Assembly (NCBI GenBank): GCA_036563975.1
Contig: DATCLK010000025.1
Coordinates: 1 to 58,959, forward strand
Direction: 5' to 3'
Source of the DNA: Longimicrobiales bacterium
GTDB lineage: Bacteria > Gemmatimonadota > Gemmatimonadetes > Longimicrobiales > RSA9
DNA length: 58,959 nucleotides
Shown here: positions 26,583-36,230 of the stretch, piece after piece
How positions within the stretch are numbered: position 1 is the stretch's first letter
Layout: each line of letters begins with the position of its first letter
Program-made: the position numbers and the translations under genes
Notes under the pieces: model-generated
Seen by the model: only the letters and a program-made list of their open reading frames with translations
The model's database searches: none
Told to the model about the DNA's origin: nothing

Positions 26583-27387
26583 GGGTGGGGACGTAGAGCG
26601 CGGGAGTCGCCGCGTCCGCATTGCCGCGGTCGGGGACCTGCACTTCGACGCGACGCAGCAGGGCACGCTACTGGACCTTTTCTCGGCGGTCAACACGCAG
26701 GCGGACATCCTGGCGCTGTGCGGAGACCTGACGACGCACGGCGAGCCGGTCCACATGCGCGCGTTCGTGAAGGAGCTGGGAGGGGTGGAGATGCCGATCG
26801 TGGCGGTGCTCGGGAACCACGATCACGAGCACGACGCCGCGGCGGAGGTGAGCGCGATCCTGATGGAGCGCGGCGTGCACGTGCTGGACGGCGGGCAGGT
26901 GGTGATCCAGGGAATCGGGTTCGCGGGAGCGAAGGGGTTCGCGGGCGGGTACGGGCGGGGCGCGCTGGCGCCGTTCGGCGAGCGACTGATCAAGGACTTC
27001 GTCAGTGCGGCGATCGAGGAGGCGATCAAGCTGGAAACGGCGCTGCGCACGCTGACGACCGATGTGAAGGTCGTGCTGATGCACTATTCGCCGGTGGTGG
27101 ACACGCTCGTGGGCGAGCCCGAGTACGTCTACCCGTTCCTCGGCTCCTCGCGGCTGCTGGAGCCGCTGGAGACGCACGGTGCGACGGTGATCTTCCACGG
27201 CCACGCGCACAACGGCCGGCTGGAAGGGCGGACGCCCAGTGGCGTGCCGGTGTTCAACGTCGCGTTGCCGCTGCTGCGCAAGCACGGCATGCTGTTTCGC
27301 GTGTGGGAGACGCCCGCGCCGGAGCGGCGGCGAGCGCCCCAGCCGGCAGCGGCGGGCGGGGAGCGGGAGGAAGGCGCCGCAGCGTAG
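26545..27387 (+). CDS. calcineurin-like metallophosphoesterase
   Basis: Metallophosphatase motifs: GDLHFD, CGDLTTHG, GNHDHE, and GHAH near the C-terminus. The start overlaps the previous gene by 38 nt, so its position is less certain. Confidence 0.75.
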   Translation: MSGTTRRQGSRAEGGDVERGSRRVRIAAVGDLHFDATQQGTLLDLFSAVNTQADILALCGDLTTHGEPVHMRAFVKELGGVEMPIVAVLGNHDHEHDAAAEVSAILMERGVHVLDGGQVVIQGIGFAGAKGFAGGYGRGALAPFGERLIKDFVSAAIEEAIKLETALRTLTTDVKVVLMHYSPVVDTLVGEPEYVYPFLGSSRLLEPLETHGATVIFHGHAHNGRLEGRTPSGVPVFNVALPLLRKHGMLFRVWETPAPERRRAPQPAAAGGEREEGAAA

Positions 27388-27512
27388 GGAGGAGCGTCGC
27401 GGGCCCGGCCCGAGGCCTCGGCGGTGCCTCGGGCCTTGTCGCTGGTAACGTGTCCGCCGATGCGGCCGCGTCGCGTGTGGCAAGTGCCGCGACTCGAGCA
27501 CGGCCCACCTCC

Positions 27513-28715
27513 TCACCCGCTGTACAACCTGTGCGGAAACCAGAGCAGCGCGGCGGCGAGATGCTCGCGGATGCGGCGCGCCCGCGGCCGGCTCCGCCAC
27601 GCGTCGAGCGTGATCTCCGTCGCGTTCTCGAGATCGGCGAGGAACTGTCGCTCGAGCTGGCTCGCGATGCCGCGGTCCTGGATCTCCACATCCAGCTCGT
27701 AGGTGCCCAGCAAGCTGAACGGATTGAGGTTGGTCGAGCCGATGAGCGCCCACGTCCCGTCCGCGACGACGGTCTTGGCGTGGAGCATGGGGCCGTTCCA
27801 CTCGTAGATGCGGACGCCGGCGCGCAGCAGGGAGCCGTAACGCGCGCGGGCGGCCTCGTTGATGATGGGGACATCGGAGCGGCCGGGTGCGAGCAGGCGC
27901 ACGTCCACGCCGGCGCGCGCGGCGGATGCGAGCGCGCGGCGCAGCGGCGCGGGCGCGAGCGGGTACGACCCGGTGATGTAGATGGAGCGGCTGGCGAGCG
28001 CCGCAATGAGCTGGTACAGCCGGTAGGCGCGCGCGGCGGCGGGCGGGCCGTCCACGACGCGGGCGGGGATGCTGCCGGGCGTGCCGTGTTCCGTGGGGTT
28101 CAGGGGTGGGAGCGGGTGACCGCCGGCGCGTTGCCAAATGCGGGCGAAGGAGCGGTCGAGCTCGTGGGCGATCGGCCCCTCGATGAGGACGGCGGTGTCA
28201 CGCCAGGGAGGTCCGTCGCCGACGTCGTCCCACTCGTTCCCGATGCACAGGCCGCCGACGATGGCGACGCGTGCGTCCGCGAGCACGAGCTTGCGGTGGT
28301 CGCGGCGCAGCACGCGCAGCGGGTGGCGCAGCGAGGGTGGAGCGAAGCAGCGGACGTGGCAACCGGCGCGGCGCAGCTCCTGCCAGTACGCACGGCCAGT
28401 GGACCGGCAGCCGAGCCAGTCGTAGAGCACGAGGACCTCGACGCCGGACCGGGCGCGCTCGGCGAGCGCGCCGGCGAAGCGCCGCCCCACGTCGTCGTCC
28501 CGGATGATGTAGTTCTCGAAGATGATGCGACGCTGCGCGCGGGATATGACGTTCAGCATTGCGGGGAACGCGGCCGGCCCGTCCACCAGCAGGGTCGCCG
28601 CGTTGCCGAACGTGAGAGGCGCCTCGACCGTCCGGCGCAGCGCGCGCTGGAACAGGTCGCCGAGACGGCGCCGGAGGCCGCGGGCGGCAGGCGAGTCGCG
28701 TTGCGGTGTGGCCAT
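27513..28715 (-). CDS. phospholipase D-family protein (cardiolipin synthase-like, two HKD motifs)
   Basis: HRKLVLAD and HAKTVVADG...GSTNLN motifs. Start MATPQRD, ATG at 28713-28715. Confidence 0.85.
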   Translation of the reverse strand: MATPQRDSPAARGLRRRLGDLFQRALRRTVEAPLTFGNAATLLVDGPAAFPAMLNVISRAQRRIIFENYIIRDDDVGRRFAGALAERARSGVEVLVLYDWLGCRSTGRAYWQELRRAGCHVRCFAPPSLRHPLRVLRRDHRKLVLADARVAIVGGLCIGNEWDDVGDGPPWRDTAVLIEGPIAHELDRSFARIWQRAGGHPLPPLNPTEHGTPGSIPARVVDGPPAAARAYRLYQLIAALASRSIYITGSYPLAPAPLRRALASAARAGVDVRLLAPGRSDVPIINEAARARYGSLLRAGVRIYEWNGPMLHAKTVVADGTWALIGSTNLNPFSLLGTYELDVEIQDRGIASQLERQFLADLENATEITLDAWRSRPRARRIREHLAAALLWFPHRLYSG

Positions 28716-28769
28716 GGCGCGTGAGGATAGGCGCGGCACGGCGCGCCGGCAACGGATCGCGGAGGAGGG

Positions 28770-29825
28770 TCACGCCGCGGCATCCCGGGGCGTGCGGCGC
28801 GCCCCGCGCCGGTGCGCCCCGGCAGCGTGGCGCTCCAGGAAGCGGACGAGCGCGGCCTCCTCCGGGTAATACGCGCCCACCAGGGCGGCCGGGTCCGGCT
28901 GCCCGCCGTCTTGCAGGAGCGGCTGGATGGTGCGGCCGCGCCGGTACTCCTCCAGCACGGCGGGGTGGATGTAGGCGCTGCGGCAGATGGCCGGAGTGTT
29001 GCCGAGCTCGTGCGCGACGAGGCGGCAGCAGAGGGCGATGTGGCGCTGGGCCTCGCGCTGGGAGCGCGGGGGCCCCAGCTCGGCGAGCACGACCGCGGCG
29101 CGCACCGTGCCGCCGAACGTGCGCATGTCCTTGGAGGTGCAGCGTTCGCCGGCGACGGCGCGCAGGTAGCGGTTCACGGCGCGCGCGGTGACGTTGCGGA
29201 TCCGGTCGCCCTCGCGGTAACGGAACAGGCGGCTGCCCGGCAGCGCGAGCAGGTCGCGGATGATGGCGACGAGTGGCGTGTCCGCGATGACCTGGCGCTG
29301 GTCTTTCCGCCGCTTCCCGGGGTAGGTGAAGATCAGCGTGTTGCCCTGCACGCGGACGTGGCTCTTTCGCAGCGTGCAGATCCCGAACGTCCGGTTCTGC
29401 ACGGCGTAGCGCTCGCTGCCGATGCGGAAGAACCCGCGGCTGGTGAGCCGCACGACGGTCGCCAGCACCTTCAGCCGGTCCAGTTCGGGGCGGGCGAGGT
29501 GGCGGTCGGTCGCGGCGCGGATGCGTGGCAGCATGCGCGCGTAGCGCAGCACGCGGCCCCACTTGCGCGCCGCGCGCCACGCCACGTAGCGCGGATGGTA
29601 GATGTACTGCTTCCGGCCCGCCGCGTCGTAGCCCCACGCCTGGACCTTGTGATCGGGGTCAGGGGAGACGCGCACGCCGGTCCAGGCGGGCGGGATGGCC
29701 AGCGACCGGATCCTCCCTTCCACCTCACCGGCCGGCACGGGCCGGCCGTCCGCATCCACGAACCGGAAGCCCTCGGCCGGCGAGCCGACGCGGAGCCACC
29801 AGTCCCGCTCCCGCAGAGCTGCCAT
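28770..29825 (-). CDS. type IB DNA topoisomerase (bacterial/poxvirus-type TopIB)
   Basis: Start MAALRERDWWLRVGS. Blocks YIYHPRYVAWRAARKWGRV, RYREGDR, HIALCCRLVAHELGNTPAICRSAYIHP resembling TopIB. A catalytic Tyr is plausible in SAYIHP. The 71 upstream in-frame codons are junk. Confidence 0.75.
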   Translation of the reverse strand: MAALRERDWWLRVGSPAEGFRFVDADGRPVPAGEVEGRIRSLAIPPAWTGVRVSPDPDHKVQAWGYDAAGRKQYIYHPRYVAWRAARKWGRVLRYARMLPRIRAATDRHLARPELDRLKVLATVVRLTSRGFFRIGSERYAVQNRTFGICTLRKSHVRVQGNTLIFTYPGKRRKDQRQVIADTPLVAIIRDLLALPGSRLFRYREGDRIRNVTARAVNRYLRAVAGERCTSKDMRTFGGTVRAAVVLAELGPPRSQREAQRHIALCCRLVAHELGNTPAICRSAYIHPAVLEEYRRGRTIQPLLQDGGQPDPAALVGAYYPEEAALVRFLERHAAGAHRRGARRTPRDAAA

Positions 29826-30122
29826 CGGGGATGGGGGCGGTTCACGGATTGTGCCAGCCCCTGCCCTTCCGCCCTTGCCCCGGGCCGGGGCGCCCCGCCG
29901 CCGCGCACCCCGGCTCCGGGCGTGGGCGGGGGCGCACGCTGCAGCCCGGTTCGCGTGCGCCGACAGATTCGGCGCGGAGACGGACGGCGTTCTCGTGCCT
30001 TGCCGCTCCATCGACCTCGCAGGCCGCCGCGTGCGCAACGGCGGAGTGCTTGACAGCGCGCGGCTCGGGGCGACAACTACGAGGACGACGGCACGTCGAT
30101 CCCCCGCGAATGGGAGGCGCCC

Positions 30123-32537
30123 ATGATGCGAGACCTGCGTTTCGCCTTCCGTTCACTCGCGCGCCGGCCGGGGCTGCTCGCGACCGCGGTGCTCTCGCTC
30201 GCGTTCGGGATCGGCGTGAACGTCGTCCTGTACGGCGTCGTCGACGTGATCCTGTTCCGTGCGCCGCCGGGCGTGGTAGAGCCGGAGCGTGTGGTGCGGG
30301 TCGAGCCGGGCGCCGGCGCGGTGCCGGGTCTGCTCGCGCCCTCGGCGTCGCCCTCGGTGTCGTACCCGCAGTTCGAGGCGGCGCGCGCGGGCACGCGACT
30401 GTTCTCGGGCATCGCGGCGTACGCGCCCCTCAACGTGTCGGAGGGTGCGGGCGTCCAGGCGGACCGGCTGGACGCGATCCTCGCGAGCGAGGAGTACTTC
30501 GCGGTGCTGGGCGTGCGGCCGTTCGTGGGGCGGTTCTTCTCCGAGGAGGACGGGCGGGGCACGGCCGGCGCGCCGGTCGCGGTGATCAGCCACGAGTACT
30601 GGGAGCGGCGGTTCGGGCGCGACACGGGCGTGCTCGGCCGGACGCTGATGCTGAACGGCGTGGCCGTCACGATCGTGGGCGTCGCGCCGCCGGGGTTCAG
30701 GGGCGTGGACCTCGGGCGGCCGGACGTCTGGCTGCCGCTGTGGCTTGCGGGGACGGACGCGTTCGGCTCCCCATCCAGCTTCACCGGCCGCATGTTCTGG
30801 CTGCGCATGATCGGCCGGCTGCGGCCGGCTGTGCCAGCGGAGCGGCCGGAGGCGCTTTCCGAGCGCGTCGAGGCCCCGGGCGTGCCAGGCGGCGAGCTGG
30901 TGATCACAGCGCGCGAGCTGCGCACGCAGTTCGGCGCGGACCAGCGCGGCCGGAACCCGATCCCGCTCTGGCTGCTGGCAGTCAGCGCGACGGCGTTCCT
31001 CATTGCCTGCACGACCGTCGGCCATCTGCTCCTTGCCTCCGCCGTGGAGCGGGCGGGCGAGTTCGCGGTGCGCTTCGCGATGGGCGCGCGGACGCGCGAC
31101 ATCGTGCGGCTGCTCGTGGCGGAGGCCGCGATCGTTGCGGCGCTCGGCGCGGCGGTGGCGTTGCTGGCCGCGTTGTGGAGCACGCGCCTCCTGCGCGTGT
31201 TGCCGCTGCCGCCGATCGACGGGCTCGTTGACGGGCGCGTGGTCGTGCTTGCGGTGCTCGGGGCCGTGGCTGCGGTCGCGCTGTGCGTGGTTGGATCGGC
31301 GGTTTGGGTGCGCCGGCATGAGCTGGCGGACGCGTTGAAGGGCGCGCAGCGCTCGGCGAGCCGCGGCGGGCGGGTGCAGGCCGCGCTCGTCGCCGTGCAG
31401 GTCGCCGCGTGCGGCGCGCTGCTCATCTGCGGCGGGCTGTACGTGCGCAGCCTGCAGAAGGCGCTCGCGATCGATCCGGGGTTCGCCGTGGACGAGTTGC
31501 TCGTCGCGAGGGTGGACCGGCTGGGCGCGCTGGGTGGCGCATACGCGGCGGAGTTCCTCGCGCGGGGCGCCGAGCGCGTGCGGTCGCTGCCGGGCGCACG
31601 TGGTGCGGCACGGGCCAGCATTGTGCCGTTCTACTCGTTCACGACCTACGGCTACGAGGCGCAGGGCGGCGACGACCCGGATGCGGGCGGAGCGAGCGGC
31701 GTGACGGCGTTCGTCGACGCGGAGTACTTCCGCACGTTCGGCATCCCCCGGCGTGCGGGACGCGTGTTCGACGAGAACGACCGCGCGGGCGGCGAGCCGG
31801 TCGCGGTGTTGAGCCTCGCGATGGCGCGCGAGCTATGGCCGGGCGGCAACGCGCTGGGCCGCTGCATCGTGGTGTCCGTCGGGCCGGCGGCAGGCGAGTG
31901 CATCCGCGTCGTCGGCCTGGTGGACGACGTGCGGTTCCAGGACGTGACCGGCCCGAGCACGGCGGTCGTGTACCGGCCGATCGCGCAGCGGCCCGAGGGC
32001 ATGGCGCTGTCGCTCTTCATCCGGGGCGACGACGTGCGGCGTCTGGCTCCGGTGGTGCGCCGCGAGCTCCAGGCGCTGGATCCGGCCGCGCCGGCCGTGC
32101 ACGTCGAGCCGCTGGCGGCGCGGCTCCGGCCGCAGTTCCTGGAGTGGGAGGTCGCGGGCAAGGTGTTCGGCGCGCTGGGCGGCGTCACCGCGCTGCTCGC
32201 AGCGCTCGGGGTGTACATCGCGGTGTCCGGCATGGTCGGCCGGCAGACGCGCGAGCTGGGCGTGCGCGCGGCGCTGGGCGCAACGGCCGGCGCCATCCTG
32301 CGGCTCGTGCTCGCGCGCACGGCACGGCTTGCGGCGGCGGGCGTCATCGCGGGCGCCGTGCTCGCGTTCGCCGCGACGGGCGTGTTGCCGACGCCGCTGT
32401 TCGGGGTCGGGAGGCTGGATCCTCCCGCGTACGCCTTTGCGGGTGGCATGCTGCTGGCGTTCGCGCTGGCGGCGGCGTTGGCGTCGGCGACGAGGGCGGC
32501 GCGGGTGTCGCCGGCGGAGAGTCTGAGGGTGGAGTGA
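30123..32537 (+). CDS. ABC transporter permease of the duplicated FtsX/MacB-like orphan type (ADOP family)
   Basis: 804 aa. N-terminal TM helix, then a MacB-like periplasmic domain, then four TM helices, duplicated twice. No cognate ATPase is present in the window. Confidence 0.85.
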   Translation: MMRDLRFAFRSLARRPGLLATAVLSLAFGIGVNVVLYGVVDVILFRAPPGVVEPERVVRVEPGAGAVPGLLAPSASPSVSYPQFEAARAGTRLFSGIAAYAPLNVSEGAGVQADRLDAILASEEYFAVLGVRPFVGRFFSEEDGRGTAGAPVAVISHEYWERRFGRDTGVLGRTLMLNGVAVTIVGVAPPGFRGVDLGRPDVWLPLWLAGTDAFGSPSSFTGRMFWLRMIGRLRPAVPAERPEALSERVEAPGVPGGELVITARELRTQFGADQRGRNPIPLWLLAVSATAFLIACTTVGHLLLASAVERAGEFAVRFAMGARTRDIVRLLVAEAAIVAALGAAVALLAALWSTRLLRVLPLPPIDGLVDGRVVVLAVLGAVAAVALCVVGSAVWVRRHELADALKGAQRSASRGGRVQAALVAVQVAACGALLICGGLYVRSLQKALAIDPGFAVDELLVARVDRLGALGGAYAAEFLARGAERVRSLPGARGAARASIVPFYSFTTYGYEAQGGDDPDAGGASGVTAFVDAEYFRTFGIPRRAGRVFDENDRAGGEPVAVLSLAMARELWPGGNALGRCIVVSVGPAAGECIRVVGLVDDVRFQDVTGPSTAVVYRPIAQRPEGMALSLFIRGDDVRRLAPVVRRELQALDPAAPAVHVEPLAARLRPQFLEWEVAGKVFGALGGVTALLAALGVYIAVSGMVGRQTRELGVRAALGATAGAILRLVLARTARLAAAGVIAGAVLAFAATGVLPTPLFGVGRLDPPAYAFAGGMLLAFALAAALASATRAARVSPAESLRVE

Positions 32538-32722
32538 GGCGAAGCGCGGCGCCGCAGTGGAGCGGGAACTCCGAGGAGACGCATCGGACGTTTCCGGGCC
32601 GTCAAGAGTACGATGCGCTGGTCGCTGGCGGCACGGATGTCGCGCTCTGGTGAATCGAGGCGCCCCGGCGCGGAGCGGGACGGGGGGAGGATCGGCTTCG
32701 TGCGGCGAGACAGTAGGGCCTG

Positions 32723-33454
32723 ATGGACACGGCCGTAGCGCTGGTCGGCGCGTACCTGAGATTGAACGGGTACGTCGCGGTCCCGGAGGAGCCGATCCTG
32801 ATCGGCGAGGGCCGGCCGTACCGGTATCACACCGCGACGGACATCGACATCCTGGCGGTCCGCTTCCCGCGCGCGGCCGTGGTGGTGCCGCGGGACAGCG
32901 GGCGCGCGCCGGCGTGGGCAGACGAAGACCTCGAGCTGGGCACGGACCCGCGGCTCGAACTCGAGGACGGCGCGGTGGACGTCCTCGTCATCGAGGTGAA
33001 GGAGGGCCGGCCGCGGCTCAACCCGGCGCTGCGCGACCCGGCAGTCTTGCTCGCGGCGTTGCGCCGCCTGGACCCAGGGTTCGACGAGCCGCTCGAGCAC
33101 TGCATCCAGCGGTTGATCGCGAACGGGGAGGCGCGCTGCCGTGCGTCCGGCAAGCCGTGGCGGTTCCGCCTCGTGGCCTTCGGGGATGGCGAGCCGCAAC
33201 GCGAGGGTGGCCCCTTCACGGTGATCCCGCTGCGCCATGTCGCCGTGTTCCTGCTGAACGCGATGGTCTCGCACAGAAAGGTCTGGCAGGATGTGCAGTT
33301 CGGCGACCCGGTGCTCGACCTGCTGCACCTGCTGGACAAGCTGGGGCTGCTCGGGAAGGACGGGACGGTCGCTGTGCCGGAGCCGCAGGCAGGCGATGCG
33401 GCGGGCGCGGCCGGCCAGACGGTGACTGCCACGGACGCGGGCACCGAGGCGTGA
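32723..33454 (+). CDS. hypothetical protein with PD-(D/E)xK nuclease-like motif
   Basis: TDIDILAV ... VDVLVIEVKEG fits a D...ExK arrangement. Composition is protein-like. Confidence 0.5.
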   Translation: MDTAVALVGAYLRLNGYVAVPEEPILIGEGRPYRYHTATDIDILAVRFPRAAVVVPRDSGRAPAWADEDLELGTDPRLELEDGAVDVLVIEVKEGRPRLNPALRDPAVLLAALRRLDPGFDEPLEHCIQRLIANGEARCRASGKPWRFRLVAFGDGEPQREGGPFTVIPLRHVAVFLLNAMVSHRKVWQDVQFGDPVLDLLHLLDKLGLLGKDGTVAVPEPQAGDAAGAAGQTVTATDAGTEA

Positions 33455-33531
33455 TGCGGCGGCTTCTGGCCGACTAACCGGCTGTCCGGCGAGACTGGAC
33501 CGCGAGGGCGTACCTCTCCCGCACGATCGCG

Positions 33532-33852
33532 ATGGATCCGATGTACCCGGCTCTCACCCAGCTCCTGGGTGGCTACTTCCACGCGGACTGGTCGTCGGCG
33601 GCGGGCCGTTCGGACGCCGTCCTGGCGGCAATGGTGCGCGATGAGCCCATCGAGCGGCTGCGTGCCGGACTGGCAGAGCTGGACGCGCTTCTCGCACGCG
33701 GGCTCTGCGAGCCGCAGCTCAGGGATGTCGTTCTCTACGAGATCGGTTGCCACATCGCCCCGGAACGCGAGGGCCTCGACACATCGGCGTGGCTGGCGAA
33801 GGTTCGGGAATCGATTCGCCGGCGCGTTTTCACGAGAACGACAGGAGAATAG
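33532..33852 (+). CDS. hypothetical small protein (106 aa)
   Basis: Protein-like composition (MDPMYPALTQLLGGYFHADWSSAAG...). Sits between the PD-(D/E)xK-like gene and a lipoprotein gene. Confidence 0.45.
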   Translation: MDPMYPALTQLLGGYFHADWSSAAGRSDAVLAAMVRDEPIERLRAGLAELDALLARGLCEPQLRDVVLYEIGCHIAPEREGLDTSAWLAKVRESIRRRVFTRTTGE

Positions 33853-33857
33853 CACGC

Positions 33858-34664
33858 ATGCGCCTTCACCCGCTGTGGCCTGCGCCCATCCTCGCCGCGG
33901 CCGTCCTCGCCTGCTCGGCAGAGCCGGATGACAACGCCGCGAGGGAGCGCACCAGCGGCAGCGATTCGGCCGCAGCTTCCGGCGCCGCGGACAACGCCGC
34001 GGCGGCGCACGACACGGCCGCCGCTCCATCCGGTGGCGCCGAGCGGCCGGCCACCTTCCCGTTCCCGCTCCCCTACGTGGTGGACGCGGAGTGCGAGTAC
34101 TGCTGGAACCCGGTCGTCGTCTGTGCGCCGGTGCAGGTGCGCGCCGAGGTCCGCCCGGACGCCGATGTGGTCTTCACGCTCGAGCCGGGCGACTCGGTCA
34201 GCATGGTGACGGGCAGGTGGTACGTGGAAGTGCCCGACGTGGTCGTCTTCAACGATACGCTGCGGGTGCCAGACCTCCGGAACACGTACGGCTTCGGCTT
34301 CCCGCCGGAGATGGACTCGGTGGTGTTCCTGCCGGGCGACACCGCCTACGTGTTCACCTACGGCAGCGAAGGCGGGATGGGCGACTGGTGGTATCGGGGC
34401 GAGCTCCTGCAGACCGACAACGTGTGGCTTTCGCCGCCCAACATCCCATGGGCCGCCGACGGCGATCGACCCGTGGCCACGAGCCTGGGGACCCGTGTGG
34501 CGCAGTGGTGGATGAAGATCCGCACCGCGGATGGGCGGGAGGGCTGGATCCCGGACGACACCATGACCGTGCGGTACGCGAACCACTACGACCCGGAGAT
34601 CCGGCCTTGCCCGGCTGGGCGCAGCGCGGGGGCCGAGCCCGCCGCGGACCTGCCCCCGCGCTGA
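33858..34664 (+). CDS. lipoprotein, hypothetical (possible SH3-like C-terminal domain)
   Basis: AGGAGA RBS, then ATG at 33858. Start MRLHPLWPAPILAAAVLACSAEPDD, with lipobox LAC. The track ORF has 37 extra upstream codons. Confidence 0.6.
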   Translation: MRLHPLWPAPILAAAVLACSAEPDDNAARERTSGSDSAAASGAADNAAAAHDTAAAPSGGAERPATFPFPLPYVVDAECEYCWNPVVVCAPVQVRAEVRPDADVVFTLEPGDSVSMVTGRWYVEVPDVVVFNDTLRVPDLRNTYGFGFPPEMDSVVFLPGDTAYVFTYGSEGGMGDWWYRGELLQTDNVWLSPPNIPWAADGDRPVATSLGTRVAQWWMKIRTADGREGWIPDDTMTVRYANHYDPEIRPCPAGRSAGAEPAADLPPR

Positions 34665-34678
34665 ACGGCCGCGCCGCG

Positions 34679-36197
34679 TCAGCCCTTCTTCGAATCCGCC
34701 GCCGCTCCGTCTGCCGCTCTCGCCGGCACGCCCGGCGCGAGTCGGCGCACGAGCTGCTCGACGTCGATGCCCATCGCGCCGGCGACCTGCTCGAGCGCGG
34801 CGAACGCGGCGTTGACGCGCTGCGTCGCGGCGTTCGCAATGCCGTTGCCGCCGCCGGAGTCCACCACGGTCAGGCGGTCGATCTCGACGTTCTTCATGGC
34901 CTCGACCGTGATGGCGAGGAGCGCGGGCAGCTTCTCGGCGAGGAAGACCTGGAGCCCGGTGCTGCCGCCGCGTTCGATCTCGGCGTAGACCATGCGCAGC
35001 ACCTCGGCCTGCGCGCGGCCCTTCTCCAGGATCGGCGCGGCCTCGGCCTTGGCCTGCGCTTCCGCGGCGAGGCGTGCGGCCTCGGCGGGCTGCGCGACGT
35101 CCGCCTGGAGCCGCATGCGCTCGAGCTCGACGCGCTGCGCCTCGAGCTTCTGCCGCTCCTCGACTTCCGCGCGCTCGGCGGCGGCGCGAGCCACCCTCTC
35201 GGCGGTCTCGGCCTCGCGGTCGAGCTCGGCCTGACGGACGCGTAGCTGGTTGCGCGCCTCGGCGATGGCGACGTCGGCCTGCGCCTGCGCGACCTCCGCG
35301 AGCTTTCTGGCTGCTGCCTGCTGCTTGCGGATCTCGGCATCCGCCTCCGCCTCGGCGATCTGCGCGATGCGCCGGGCCTCCGCCTGCCGCTGCTTGACCG
35401 CGGCCTCCGCGTCGGCTCGGGCGACCTCGGCGAGCATCATCGCCTCGGCCTGCCGCTGCTTGGTCTGCGTCTCGTTCTCCGCGGCGGCGACCTCGGCGAT
35501 CCGCTTGGCTTCGGCCTGCTTCTGCCGCGCTTCCGCTTCGGCCGCGGCCTTGGCGATCTCTGCGTCGCGGATCGCTTCGGCCGTCGCCTTCTCGCCGATC
35601 GCCTGGAGGTAGCCGACCTTGTCGCTGACGTGCTGGATCTTCAGCACGTCGAGCTGGAGGCCGAGCTTCTTGAGGTCGTGGTCCGCCTCTTCGGACAGAT
35701 GGCGTGCGAAGCCGAGCCGGTCCTCGTTGACCTCCTCGGGCGTGAGCTTGGCCAGCACGCCGCGCAGGTTGCCGGTGAGCGTCTCCTCGGCGAGCGCCTC
35801 GATCTCGGCGGTGATCTTGCCCAGCAGCCGCTCGATCGCGTTGTTGAAGACCGTCTCGGGCGTCGAAGCGATCTTGACGTTCGCGATCGCCTGTACGGTC
35901 GGCGGGACGTTGCCCTTGGAGTTACGCCTCGGAGACCGAGACCTCGAGCGGGATGGTGCCGAGCGAGAGCCAATGCACCTGCTCGATGATCGGGATGCGG
36001 AGCGTGCGGCCGCCGGTGACGGTGCGGTAGCCGACCTCGAGGCCGTCAGCGAGCGTGCGGCGGCGGCCGGTGATGACGGCCGCCATGTTGGGCGGCATGA
36101 TGACGCTGAGCGCTTTGATCGTGAGGATCGCGACGAGCGCGACGGCGAGGAGCACCCCGCCGATGATGATTCCGAGCATGTCGAATGGCATGACCAT
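34679..36197 (-). pseudogene. flotillin-like SPFH/band-7 protein interrupted by a single-base frameshift near 35922-35925
   Basis: The N-terminal 91-aa frame (MVMPFDMLGIIIGGVLLAVALV...LEVSVSEA, then stop at 35922-35924) and the downstream frame (...NSKGNVPPTVQAIANVKIASTPE..., with long Ala/Glu/Gln/Arg-rich flotillin coiled-coil repeats) are contiguous apart from one extra base in GCG-T-AAC. Could be a real mutation, a sequencing error, or recoding. Confidence 0.7.
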
Positions 36198-36230
36198 CTC
36201 CGGGGCACGGGGTGTCGATAGCGGGGCTTG

